Of a DNA stretch of 64,000 nt, positions 1-8,911 are shown piece by piece (the stretch's first letter is position 1; the number at the start of each line of letters is the position of its first letter). The notes below the pieces were generated by a model. The model was not told the DNA's origin, searched no databases, and was given only the letters and a program-made list of their open reading frames with translations. Source of the DNA: Candidatus Methylacidiphilales bacterium (lineage in GTDB: Bacteria; Verrucomicrobiota; Verrucomicrobiia; Methylacidiphilales; JANWVL01); contig JANWVL010000110.1 in assembly GCA_025056655.1 (NCBI GenBank), positions 77,855 through 141,854 of the forward strand. The letters are read 5' to 3'. The position numbers and the translations under genes are program-made.

Positions 1-243
1 GTTTTTTTCAAGGCCGATGTCAATAAACATTGCTTTAAGGCCGAGCTCGATATTTTGGACGCGTCCTTTGTAGATGTTGCCGGAGATCTGACGGTCTGAG
101 TCGCGCTCGATGACAAACTCTTCTAACCGTCCATCCTCGAGTAAGGCGACGCGGCGCTCAAGGCGCTCACAGGAGATGATAATTTCTTTTACGGGCTTAT
201 TTTTCTTGATGCCTAGAATTTGTTTGACTTTGTCGATGAACAT
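1..243 (-). CDS. rng: Ribonuclease G/E family protein, N-terminal 81 codons (gene continues past window start)
   Basis: Open-ended, so absent from the ORF track. Hand translation of the reverse strand from the ATG at 241-243 gives MFIDKVKQILGIKKNKPVKEIIISCERLERRVALLEDGRLEEFVIERDSDRQISGNIYKGRVQNIELGLKAMFIDIGLEKN. The GNIYKGRV...G..A.F.DIGL.K segment matches the S1-domain N-terminus of RNase G/E. Confidence 0.75.
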   Translation of the reverse strand, partial: MFIDKVKQILGIKKNKPVKEIIISCERLERRVALLEDGRLEEFVIERDSDRQISGNIYKGRVQNIELGLKAMFIDIGLEKN

Positions 244-275
244 ATGAATGGGTGGGAATTTTAAAACGGATAAAA

Positions 276-1424
276 CTAGGTGCTAAAGGTGTAACGCCTG
301 TGGATCCAGACGCTTTGAACTAAGCCGACGGCAGTAAGGCAAGTGACCATGAAGGTGCCTCCGTAGCTCGTGAAGGGAAGGGGAATACCGGTGATGGGAA
401 CGACTTTCATGGTCATGCCGATGTTAATGAAGGTGTGAGTGAAAAGCATTGCGACAATGCCGGTTACAAGGAGCATCCCGCTTAAATCTCGGGCTTTAAG
501 AGCGATTTTTATGGATAGTAGCATAACGGATGTCAAAGCAATGATGAGGAGGGAAGCTCCACGAAAGCCGAATTCTTCAGCGACTACGGAGAAGATAAAG
601 TCTGTGTAGGAAATATCGCGAGGAAGAAATCCGAGTTTATTTTGGCCGCCTTGGAGATAACCGCGGCCTTCCATCCCTCCCGAGCCTATTGCGATGAGAG
701 ATTGATTGATAGTCCAGCCTGCGTTTCGCGGGTCGCGATTGGGATCAAAGAAGGTGAGGATGCGTTCCATTTGGTAAGTTTTGAGGAAGGGGATTTTGTG
801 GTTGAGCTTGTAAACGTAATAATAAAGGTAGATGATGGCAGAAATCAGCAGAATGATGGGGATGGCGAGATAACGTTTCTTGACGCCGCCCACGAGCATG
901 ATGGCATAAACAATTGGAAGGAAAACGAAGGCAGACCCTAGGTCTGGTTGCTTTAGGATAAGAGCCATAGGGATTGCTGCAAGGATGAACATGAGAATGA
1001 ACAGGATACCTCCTTTTCTCGAGGCGCGAATCATCACTGCAACGGCAAAACAGATGAAGGCAAGCTTGGAGAATTCCGCTGGTTGAATTCCCGGGAGGTT
1101 TCCGATACGAATCCAGCTTTTGGAGTTATTTACGACGGTGCCAAATAGAAGCACTGCAACGAGCAAAACCAGAGAGAAGAGGAAAATTATATGGGCATGT
1201 TTTATCCATATTTTGTAGTCAATCAGAGCAGCGATAATATAAAAGATGAAGCCGATTATGATCCACAAGCGTTGAGAGTCGGCGATTGTGCGCATTTCAG
1301 CTGACTCGTGCATGTAGGTAGCGCTATGCACAAAGTAATAGCTAGCGGTGCACAATCCTAAGACTATGAAAAATAGAGCCCAATCCATAGCCCATAACTT
1401 TCTGAAATAGAGTTTGATATTCAT
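276..1424 (-). CDS. rodA: Rod-shape SEDS protein RodA (FtsW/RodA/SpoVE family)
   Basis: 382-aa polytopic membrane ORF with the C-terminal GIPLPFTSYGGT motif typical of SEDS proteins. It lies immediately downstream of the PBP2 gene. Confidence 0.9.
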   Translation of the reverse strand: MNIKLYFRKLWAMDWALFFIVLGLCTASYYFVHSATYMHESAEMRTIADSQRLWIIIGFIFYIIAALIDYKIWIKHAHIIFLFSLVLLVAVLLFGTVVNNSKSWIRIGNLPGIQPAEFSKLAFICFAVAVMIRASRKGGILFILMFILAAIPMALILKQPDLGSAFVFLPIVYAIMLVGGVKKRYLAIPIILLISAIIYLYYYVYKLNHKIPFLKTYQMERILTFFDPNRDPRNAGWTINQSLIAIGSGGMEGRGYLQGGQNKLGFLPRDISYTDFIFSVVAEEFGFRGASLLIIALTSVMLLSIKIALKARDLSGMLLVTGIVAMLFTHTFINIGMTMKVVPITGIPLPFTSYGGTFMVTCLTAVGLVQSVWIHRRYTFST

Positions 1425-1428
1425 AAGC

Positions 1429-3486
1429 TTATCGCCTTCTAGGTAGAATTGAAGGGGGTGAGGGAGGAGGTGGAGCAGGAGAGGGATTGGCAGTTGGAGG
1501 ATTAGTCGCCGCAGGAGATGCTCGCCTTAAAATTCTAGATGAAATGTTGCTTGAGACAGGCTTGACACCTTTAAAGTGGCCTTTGGTCGGGGGGAGAACT
1601 GACATTTGATCTAAGGTTAGGCCAACCCCTTGTTCTAGTTTGTAGATTTCTTCCATGATTTTTCTAACAATGGGTCCGGCCGTTCTTCCCCCACTTTCTC
1701 CTCCTTCAACTACCACTGCGAAAGCATATCGTGGATTATCATAAGGTGCATAGCCGACGAGCCAAGCGCGGTTATCTTGGACGATTTGATTATTCATGCG
1801 GGTCTTGAATTGTGCTGTTCCCGTCTTTGCGGCGATTGGGAAGTAGGGGATATTCGCACTAGTTCCGGTGCCTGCTGTAACGCAAGCACGCATCCCTCTT
1901 CGGACGACTTCAAAGTCGCGCGGGATAGAGTTAATAGTTGAGAGAATGCGTGAGGGCGTAAAAGCAATGACGTCGCCTTCAAAGTTACTGACTTGTTTCA
2001 AAAGACGTGGATAGTAGACGTTGCCACCATTGGCAATCGCTGCTGCGAAAATAGCCATTTGCAGAGGAGTAGTCTTGACCACACCTTGACCTATCGAGAC
2101 ATTTGCAAGAAAAGCGTCTGAGACGTGTTCACTGCCGGTGTATTTTTTCAACCATTCTGGGGTAGGGATGATGCCTGGGTCTTCTGGAGGCAATAGGTAG
2201 TTTAGCCGATACCCAAATCTGGCTTCATCGCACAATTGAACAATAGGAGCAAGGCCCATCCGAATAGCAGTCTTGTAAAAAAAGGTGTTGATGGACATAC
2301 GCAAGGCGTCTTCAAGATTCACAGGTCCCCAGGCTTGGTTTCTTACGTTTCTAAAGCTGAGATTACCAATCTGTATGAACGCTGGAGAATCAACATAGGT
2401 GTCTGGTGTAAGTGTGCCAGATCTTAAGGCAGCTAGACCGACGAGAAGTTTAAAAGTTGATCCAGGAGCATATGAACTAACTGCGCGGTTAAAAAGGGGA
2501 GCCGCTGGATTGGTGTTAAGTTCTTTCCATAGCGCTGGAGATATGCTCGGAATAAAGGCGTTCGGGTCGTAATTCGGAAAAGATGCAATGGCGAGTATAT
2601 CGCCATTTTGCGTGTCGATAATGACCGCAGCACCACGTCCAACGTCAAATTCACGCATGGCAGTCTCGACGATATATTGTATCCGCACATCGATGGTGAG
2701 GAATACGGAGTTGCCGACGGTGGCTTCGACGCGCTTGATTTCATTTTGAATCGCACCACGAGAATCAACGCTCACCATGCGATATCCAGGTTGGCCTTGC
2801 AATTGGGCATCCATCACTTGCTCGATGCCTTTCCTTCCGACCGTTTCATATTCCCATTCCTTTATTTTTGCATCTTTATCTTTAGGGTTGATAATTAGGG
2901 CCTTTTCTGAAGTATCAGGCCTTCCGATATACCCCATCACGTGGGGAGCGAGCGCACCATAAAGATATCGACGAACGGGACGAGGAGTAATGCCGATACC
3001 TGTAGTTCCTAAATTTTTTTCAAGAAAGAGAGAGATTTTGTCGAAGCTTAGATCGCTCAATACTGGATAAGGCAGGTCTGTGCGAATCCGAAAATGGGTC
3101 TGAAGGTCACGCTCGTTGATGGGGATCTCAATACCAAGGCTTTTAGAAATGGGCTCAAGTTGTTCCTTTACAAGGCGGACAATTTTTTTTTCATCAATAT
3201 TTCGATATCTTCGTGGGGCATTTCTGCGAATCTCTTCCAGATCAAGATCGAGATCGAAACTTACACGGTTTTCCGCAAGGGGAACTCCGTTGCGGTCATA
3301 AATCCCACCACGAGCCGGGGGCAGACGTAGAGTGACGGTGGTTTGATCCCGTATCCTTTCAAGCATCTCAGGGCTGTTGCTTTGAAGTTCATAAAGGCGA
3401 AAAACTAAAACAGCCATCGCGAAAAGCACTGCGATAGCCAGTAGATAAAGCCTTTGCGAATGCGTGTAACCCTGGTCGAATAACAT
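1429..3486 (-). CDS. mrdA: Penicillin-binding protein 2 (elongation transpeptidase)
   Basis: 685 aa with an N-terminal TM anchor and transpeptidase motifs PGSTFK (SxxK), SIN (SxN) and KTGTA (KTG). It sits between mreD and rodA. The last ~45 residues are a Pro/Ser-rich tail (SPAATNPPTANPSPAPPPPSPPSILPRRR). Confidence 0.9.
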   Translation of the reverse strand: MLFDQGYTHSQRLYLLAIAVLFAMAVLVFRLYELQSNSPEMLERIRDQTTVTLRLPPARGGIYDRNGVPLAENRVSFDLDLDLEEIRRNAPRRYRNIDEKKIVRLVKEQLEPISKSLGIEIPINERDLQTHFRIRTDLPYPVLSDLSFDKISLFLEKNLGTTGIGITPRPVRRYLYGALAPHVMGYIGRPDTSEKALIINPKDKDAKIKEWEYETVGRKGIEQVMDAQLQGQPGYRMVSVDSRGAIQNEIKRVEATVGNSVFLTIDVRIQYIVETAMREFDVGRGAAVIIDTQNGDILAIASFPNYDPNAFIPSISPALWKELNTNPAAPLFNRAVSSYAPGSTFKLLVGLAALRSGTLTPDTYVDSPAFIQIGNLSFRNVRNQAWGPVNLEDALRMSINTFFYKTAIRMGLAPIVQLCDEARFGYRLNYLLPPEDPGIIPTPEWLKKYTGSEHVSDAFLANVSIGQGVVKTTPLQMAIFAAAIANGGNVYYPRLLKQVSNFEGDVIAFTPSRILSTINSIPRDFEVVRRGMRACVTAGTGTSANIPYFPIAAKTGTAQFKTRMNNQIVQDNRAWLVGYAPYDNPRYAFAVVVEGGESGGRTAGPIVRKIMEEIYKLEQGVGLTLDQMSVLPPTKGHFKGVKPVSSNISSRILRRASPAATNPPTANPSPAPPPPSPPSILPRRR

Positions 3487-3989
3487 TACGTTTCCTTTCT
3501 CTGCCTTTCAGGAAGCATGGAGAAGATTAGCAACGTGATACCACAAATTAACGGAGCTATGATTCCGTTTAACAGACTCGGAATCAGAATCTTATTCCAT
3601 AAGCCGAAATCCCATCGCCAGTATTGACTTATGAAACAGTATCCCAAGTAATCTACAATCATAAACACAAAAGTTCCCATTAAAGCTAGCATAAATGCCG
3701 CCCAAAAAAGGTTTTTCTCAAAGACCTGCATCTGAAATAAGACGAACCAAGCCAAGAAGCCATACGAAATCAAAGATATAGCAATAGGCTGTGCTGAAAA
3801 AACAGAATGAAAGACGACTGTAACTCCAGTAGATACATACACACGCTCATCCCGCATATGAATCGCTGCTAATACCACTGTGAGAGCTGGAAGTTCGGGG
3901 CGCCACGCAGTCAGCGAAGAGGGATTGAAAAGGGTCATCTGCAATACCACGGCAAGACAACCAAGGATAATGTAATAGAACACCATCAT
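3486..3989 (-). CDS. mreD: Rod shape-determining protein MreD
   Basis: 167-aa very hydrophobic ORF. It overlaps the mreC stop by 4 nt and the mrdA start by 1 nt. The call rests on size, hydrophobicity and the conserved mreB-mreC-mreD order. Confidence 0.7.
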   Translation of the reverse strand: MMVFYYIILGCLAVVLQMTLFNPSSLTAWRPELPALTVVLAAIHMRDERVYVSTGVTVVFHSVFSAQPIAISLISYGFLAWFVLFQMQVFEKNLFWAAFMLALMGTFVFMIVDYLGYCFISQYWRWDFGLWNKILIPSLLNGIIAPLICGITLLIFSMLPERQRKET

Positions 3990-4831
3990 TCTGGCTTTAA
4001 TATAATAAATAAATCATCAATCTTTGATGGATCTATCGCCGGGTCTACAATTGCTTCTAAATTTAAACCAAAATTAACCGTTTGCCTCAATGGCAACACT
4101 TCAAGCACGCTGCCAACGTATAGACCTGCAGGAAAAGTTCCCCCCAATCCAGTAGTAAAAAGGCGCTCCCCCGGGGCAATCTGTGCATCTCTATCAATGT
4201 AAATCATTCTCAATAAGGGCCTACCGTCTTTTCCAACCCCACCGCCTTTCACGATGCCCTGCACGTTAGTCCCTTCGGTGGCTACAGAGATATGCGAATT
4301 TTCGTTAAAAATCAAAATAACCTCTGTCTTCATCCCCATCACTTGGCCAGTTTTTCCCACTACTCCGCGAGGTGATATCACAGGCAAATCTCGATCCAGA
4401 TTGGCTCCCGGAATGCCCTTTACATCTTTCCAACCACGATTTACAATTACCGTGCTCCACCACGCTGAAGGGTCACGCTCTACGACTTTGGCAGCCAACA
4501 ACTGAAAACTCGATGCGCGCTTGAAATTCAACATTTCCCGTAGTCGCGCGTTTTCAACAGATAATTCCCGAAAATACGCATTTTCAGTCTCTAGACGATT
4601 GACCTTCATCTGAAGCGCTTTCACTTGCTCTTGAAGTTGTTCGACCGTTAATCTCCCTGCTTGAATATTCCCTACAAAACTTCTTGCTCGATCGGCTGAT
4701 TCAAAAATTCCGTGTAGCCAATCGAATAATTTCTCTCTTGCTTTTTCTTTGGCCTTCTCTGGAGATAAAAATATCACCGCTAGAACCATTCCGCTGATAA
4801 ACACCCCCATCAAAACACGCCGCCTAAACAT
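3986..4831 (-). CDS. mreC: Rod shape-determining protein MreC
   Basis: The ORF runs 3986-4921, but the likely start is the internal ATG at 4829-4831 (MFRRRVLMGVFISGMVLAVIFL). That gives a TM anchor, a coiled coil (LQEQVKALQMKVNRLETENAYFRELSVENARL) and a beta-rich C-domain. The longer ORF would overlap mreB. Confidence 0.85.
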   Translation of the reverse strand: MFRRRVLMGVFISGMVLAVIFLSPEKAKEKAREKLFDWLHGIFESADRARSFVGNIQAGRLTVEQLQEQVKALQMKVNRLETENAYFRELSVENARLREMLNFKRASSFQLLAAKVVERDPSAWWSTVIVNRGWKDVKGIPGANLDRDLPVISPRGVVGKTGQVMGMKTEVILIFNENSHISVATEGTNVQGIVKGGGVGKDGRPLLRMIYIDRDAQIAPGERLFTTGLGGTFPAGLYVGSVLEVLPLRQTVNFGLNLEAIVDPAIDPSKIDDLFIILKPE

Positions 4832-4895
4832 ACCACCATCCCTTCTTCCATTCACTAATAATGAGGAGACACCATCATCGCTGCAGCGCCCAAGA

Positions 4896-5933
4896 TCAAG
4901 CTTGCCCCTCTGTCTCAGCAATCTTTCTCAGATAACGGAACTCCTGCAACACTTTACCAGTCCCCTCCGCTACAGCACTCAACGGATCCTCAGCCACATG
5001 CACAGGTAAACCTGTTTCCTCAGCCAAAAGCCGATCAATCCCCCGAAGCAAGGCCCCACCTCCTGCCAATACAATCCCTCGCTCCACTAAATCAGCTGAT
5101 AACTCTGGCGGGCACCGCTCAAGCGTGATACGCACACTTTCGACTATCACTGACAACGGTTCCATCAAGGCCTCACGCACCTCTTGAGAGGTGATCGACA
5201 AAGTCTTGGGAAGACCAGCTACTAAATCGCGGCCTTTTACCTCCATCGTCGTTTCTTTTTCCATCGGATAGGCAGATCCGATTTTGATTTTAATTTCCTC
5301 CGCCGTTCGTTCCCCAATCATAAGATTGTAGGCGCGCCGCATGTAGTTAATGATGCTCTCGTCGAGCTCATCACCTGCCACACGAACGCTTCGGCTATAT
5401 ACAATCCCTGCCAGTGAAATAATCGCGACTTCCGTCGTGCCCCCACCGATGTCCACAATCATATTTCCGCTTGCCTCCTGGACGGGCAACCCCACACCTA
5501 TCGCAGCAGCCATAGGTTCCTCGATCAAGTGCACTTCGCGCGCGCCAGCATGCCTCGCAGAATCCTGCACCGCCCTTTTTTCCACCTCGGTAATACCGCT
5601 GGGCACGGCAATCACCACACGCGGACGGCGAAGTTTAAGACGTGTCTGCACCTTATGGATAAAAGCCTTCAGCATGGCTTCAGTCACCTCGAAATCTGCA
5701 ATCACGCCATCCTTCAACGGTCTTACCGCGATGATGTTCCCCGGCGTCCTTCCAAGCATCCGCTTGGCTTCTTCCCCGACAGCAAGCACCTTGCGTGTCC
5801 CCTGTGCGATCGCCACCACGCTCGGTTCTCGCAGCACAATGCCTCTATCTTTCACGTAGACAAGTGTGTTCGCCGTCCCCAAATCAATCCCGATGTCGTT
5901 TGAAAATAAACCTGATAGATGCTTCAGAATCAT
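4896..5933 (-). CDS. mreB: Actin-like rod shape protein MreB
   Basis: 345 aa with actin/Hsp70-fold motifs [15 protein letters not shown] and LAGGGALL, and an overall MreB-like sequence. Confidence 0.95.
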   Translation of the reverse strand: MILKHLSGLFSNDIGIDLGTANTLVYVKDRGIVLREPSVVAIAQGTRKVLAVGEEAKRMLGRTPGNIIAVRPLKDGVIADFEVTEAMLKAFIHKVQTRLKLRRPRVVIAVPSGITEVEKRAVQDSARHAGAREVHLIEEPMAAAIGVGLPVQEASGNMIVDIGGGTTEVAIISLAGIVYSRSVRVAGDELDESIINYMRRAYNLMIGERTAEEIKIKIGSAYPMEKETTMEVKGRDLVAGLPKTLSITSQEVREALMEPLSVIVESVRITLERCPPELSADLVERGIVLAGGGALLRGIDRLLAEETGLPVHVAEDPLSAVAEGTGKVLQEFRYLRKIAETEGQA

Positions 5934-6151
5934 ATCACAAATCCTAATCCTTTTTCTCTTAGTAGGCTAAACATTTACGTTTCCAATTTTACCCCCTCCA
6001 TTCCAAGTAGCTTCCGACAGGAAGTCACAGTTCCACAACACCTCTTAGCAAAAAAGTCATTCGTTTGGTTCAACTTTTTCATGGTGCAGACAAACTCACA
6101 CGTTGCCCTACTCAACTCCATACTTCAATAAATAAAAACAATCCTTCCCAC

Positions 6152-6490
6152 TCAACGAGAATCCTCCTCTTCTAGCCGCTCAGCAATCCATTGCTTAATC
6201 ATCGATTGGTAATTTAAATATCGCATACGTGCCAACCGCTTCAGACGTGCCAACATCCTCGGATGCATCCGCAACGTAATCATAGTAGACTCTCCTGCAT
6301 CCCCAGTTATTAAAGAACCTCGCATCAACGACTCGCTCAAACCATGACTCCTCCAATACTCAACCTCCTCCTGAGTGCTTATAAAATAAGGCACCTCATC
6401 CCAAGAATATAATGTCTTGATCTCCCGCTTATCTTGAGAAGATACCCCTTCAAAGTATCCGCTCCCCTCAGATTGTAAATCCTTCACCAT
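6152..6490 (-). CDS. brnA: BrnA-type antitoxin (CopG/RHH-like C-terminus)
   Basis: 112 aa. EEVEYWRSHGLSESL followed by ITLRMHPRMLARLKRLARMRYLNYQSMIKQWIAERLEEE matches the BrnA layout. It overlaps the upstream BrnT-like gene by 7 nt. Confidence 0.7.
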   Translation of the reverse strand: MVKDLQSEGSGYFEGVSSQDKREIKTLYSWDEVPYFISTQEEVEYWRSHGLSESLMRGSLITGDAGESTMITLRMHPRMLARLKRLARMRYLNYQSMIKQWIAERLEEEDSR

Positions 6491-6759
6491 ATTGCCTCCT
6501 TAATTTTTTTCTCGTAAAAAAAAGCCTCCTCAGCGCTCATCTCTCTTGCCGCAATTATCCTCCACACTTTCCCAGTTGCCACATACACCGCAAACACCCC
6601 CATCCCACTTCGAGCACGCCCAAGATGAAAGCCCCTACTTTCTTTTGAAAACCGCTCAGCATCGGGCAAAAACTCAAGACCAAATGGATCCTCCAGACTC
6701 TCTTCCACCACCTCCACAGGCAAAACCCCACCATACCGACTCCAATCGCATTCCATCAT
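6484..6759 (-). CDS. brnT: BrnT-type ribonuclease toxin (DUF497)
   Basis: 91 aa. The spacing and C-terminal WRIIAAREMSAEEAFFYEKK resemble the DUF497/BrnT ...RIISARKATKKE...Y.. signature. The toxin-first order with an overlapping antitoxin is typical of BrnTA. Confidence 0.65.
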   Translation of the reverse strand: MMECDWSRYGGVLPVEVVEESLEDPFGLEFLPDAERFSKESRGFHLGRARSGMGVFAVYVATGKVWRIIAAREMSAEEAFFYEKKIKEAIW

Positions 6760-7889
6760 GACCTCTCCGACTCCTCTCTAAGCGGAAATTCCGCCGGCAA
6801 CCTGCGTAGCCACACATACCGATAGAGCACAACACGCAACGTCGCCGTTAGCGGGATCGCCAATATAGCACCCAAAAGACCCGGCAAAATCTGGCTCCAC
6901 ACCAAGATCGCAACAATCACCGTCATTGGATGCAGCCCCGTGCGGTTGCCCAACACACGCGGCGAGATAAATATCCCCTCAACAAATTGCACCACCCCAA
7001 AGACAGCTACTACCAAGCAAGGTTGCACCCAATGTTCAGTATTCACCCAAGCCAGAATTAAAGCAGGAATTATACTCACCACCACACCCAGATACGGCAC
7101 GATGCTCAAAATGCCGCACACCACTCCGAAAAGCAAAGCGTAAGGAAGACCGATCAACGTCAGCCCAACAGCTGTCAATACACCCACAATAAACGCCACC
7201 ACGACCTGCCCGCGAAAAAACGTAACAAGATAACCATGCACCTGCTCGATCACCCATACCAATTCTTTCCCCCACATCGTCTCCCGCCAAGGCACAAAAT
7301 CTCGCCAACGGCTCTCAATGCTCTCTTTTTCTACCAACAAATAAAACACATACACAGGCACGAGCAAAAACCCTAACGCTAATCCGACCGCTGACCAAAA
7401 TTGCTCAAGTGGTTTCACCAAGGCGCCCATATTCCTCTGTAGCCACCCCGGCAAATTCTCCAAAAAACTTACCGCCTGAGCCTTCATCCAAGCTTCAGCA
7501 TGTGGATGCGCTTTTGTAAGCGCTACAACGTGCTCCTTCACCCATACAGCAAGATCCGGCAAGTCCCGCGTCAAAGCCATTATCTGCGAAATGAATTTGG
7601 GCACAAACCAAACACCCAACCCCGTTATTCCCAATAACAACACCCCCCCCACGATAAGCACAGCCCACGATCGGCGTAATCCGCCTTTCGCCATCAAACC
7701 AATAACAGGTTCAACAATAAACGCAATCACCGATGCAACCCCTAACGGCAGCAAAACACCATAAAATCGGCTTGCAATCCACATCCCCAGCACTGTCACT
7801 CCCACCACAACCACCAAAATAACCCCCCACGATAAAACCGTAACCGCATTCCAAATCCAACGTTCCTGCCAAGCGCTCGGACCTCTCAT
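6756..7889 (-). CDS. AI-2E family transporter (PerM/UPF0118-like permease)
   Basis: 377-aa polytopic membrane protein. The general sequence pattern (..FFRGQVVVAFIVG.., ..IVPYLG.., ..HPMTVIVAILV..) matches AI-2E/PerM family members as I recall them. Confidence 0.75.
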   Translation of the reverse strand: MRGPSAWQERWIWNAVTVLSWGVILVVVVGVTVLGMWIASRFYGVLLPLGVASVIAFIVEPVIGLMAKGGLRRSWAVLIVGGVLLLGITGLGVWFVPKFISQIMALTRDLPDLAVWVKEHVVALTKAHPHAEAWMKAQAVSFLENLPGWLQRNMGALVKPLEQFWSAVGLALGFLLVPVYVFYLLVEKESIESRWRDFVPWRETMWGKELVWVIEQVHGYLVTFFRGQVVVAFIVGVLTAVGLTLIGLPYALLFGVVCGILSIVPYLGVVVSIIPALILAWVNTEHWVQPCLVVAVFGVVQFVEGIFISPRVLGNRTGLHPMTVIVAILVWSQILPGLLGAILAIPLTATLRVVLYRYVWLRRLPAEFPLREESERS

Positions 7890-7901
7890 GATCAGCTCAG
7901 G

Positions 7902-8807
7902 TTACCTTTCTTCCCCTGATGCAGGGACTTTATGTTCCGCTTGAGTCGGCGTCTCATCTTGAGATTCCACGCGACGTTCATTCGGTGGATTTTTGAAACG
8001 CACCACAAGCTCCACACGGCGATTTTTAGCGCGCTCATCCCGTGTAGTATTGGGTGCGATCGGCCTCGAGTCGCCATATCCCACAGCGATCAGATGCTTC
8101 CCATCGTATCCGTGCCCTTCAAGAAAAACGCGAAGCACACTCACTGCGCGGCCCACTGATAACTCCCAATTCGTAGGAAACCTACGGATCAAGGCATCGA
8201 GCACCGGCATATTATCAGTATGCCCCTCAATGCTTAAATCATAGTCGCGAGCCGCCGCCCGCAAAACCTCGGCTGCCTGAGAAAGTAACTCCAATCCCTC
8301 AGCCTTCACGCCCACATCCCCTGGCGCAAAAAGCACAGCGCTAAATATACGAACAACAAAACGCCCCTTCTCCCGCACAAACTCAACATCACCACGCTCT
8401 ACGAATGCCTTGAGGCGTGCGCTTAACTCCTCCTCCCAAGCTGCAGCTTGGTTATCAAAGGCAGTCTGAGCAATCATCAGCCGTTGATATTCTGTCCGCA
8501 CATTTTCCAAATTTTGCTCGCGCTGCTTCAGCAACAATTCCTGAGAACGCAACAAGCTCCCTGTCTGAGCAATCTCCGACTGCATCCGATCAATTTGCAT
8601 ACGTAGCCTAGCATTCTCCTGCTGCAAAAGGCCACCCTCGTCCGTCTCGAATCGCTTCACGTTTTCACTCACCACCGTCTGTAAGTAAAAATAAAGCGTC
8701 GAAAAAGCCAGCACCGTCGTCAAAAACAACCAAAAAATCACCCCCCCCAACCCACCCCGAGGAATAATAAATCGGATCGGCGTATTTTGAACGCTTTCCA
8801 TATTCAT
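7902..8807 (-). CDS. OmpA/MotB-domain protein with N-terminal TM anchor and coiled coil
   Basis: 301 aa with a TM segment (VIFWLFLTTVLAFSTLYFYL) and a long coiled coil. The C-terminal OmpA-like domain carries IEGHTDNMPV....RAKNRRVELVV. Confidence 0.75.
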   Translation of the reverse strand: MNMESVQNTPIRFIIPRGGLGGVIFWLFLTTVLAFSTLYFYLQTVVSENVKRFETDEGGLLQQENARLRMQIDRMQSEIAQTGSLLRSQELLLKQREQNLENVRTEYQRLMIAQTAFDNQAAAWEEELSARLKAFVERGDVEFVREKGRFVVRIFSAVLFAPGDVGVKAEGLELLSQAAEVLRAAARDYDLSIEGHTDNMPVLDALIRRFPTNWELSVGRAVSVLRVFLEGHGYDGKHLIAVGYGDSRPIAPNTTRDERAKNRRVELVVRFKNPPNERRVESQDETPTQAEHKVPASGEER

Positions 8808-8911
8808 CGTAAGCTAAACACAAAATTCAAACTGCCTAGTCTAAATCCTTTCTTCCAGACCTTCCCCCCGCTAGATAAAACAATTCGCCACAGTAGCTTT
8901 CCTCTCCCGTT

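Noticed and set aside
5350-5903. Antisense ORFs of 124-169 aa inside mreB, with similar antisense ORFs inside pyc, the first activator gene and ptsI.
   Set aside because: They overlap strongly supported genes, show no recognisable motifs, and have a composition typical of antisense frames.
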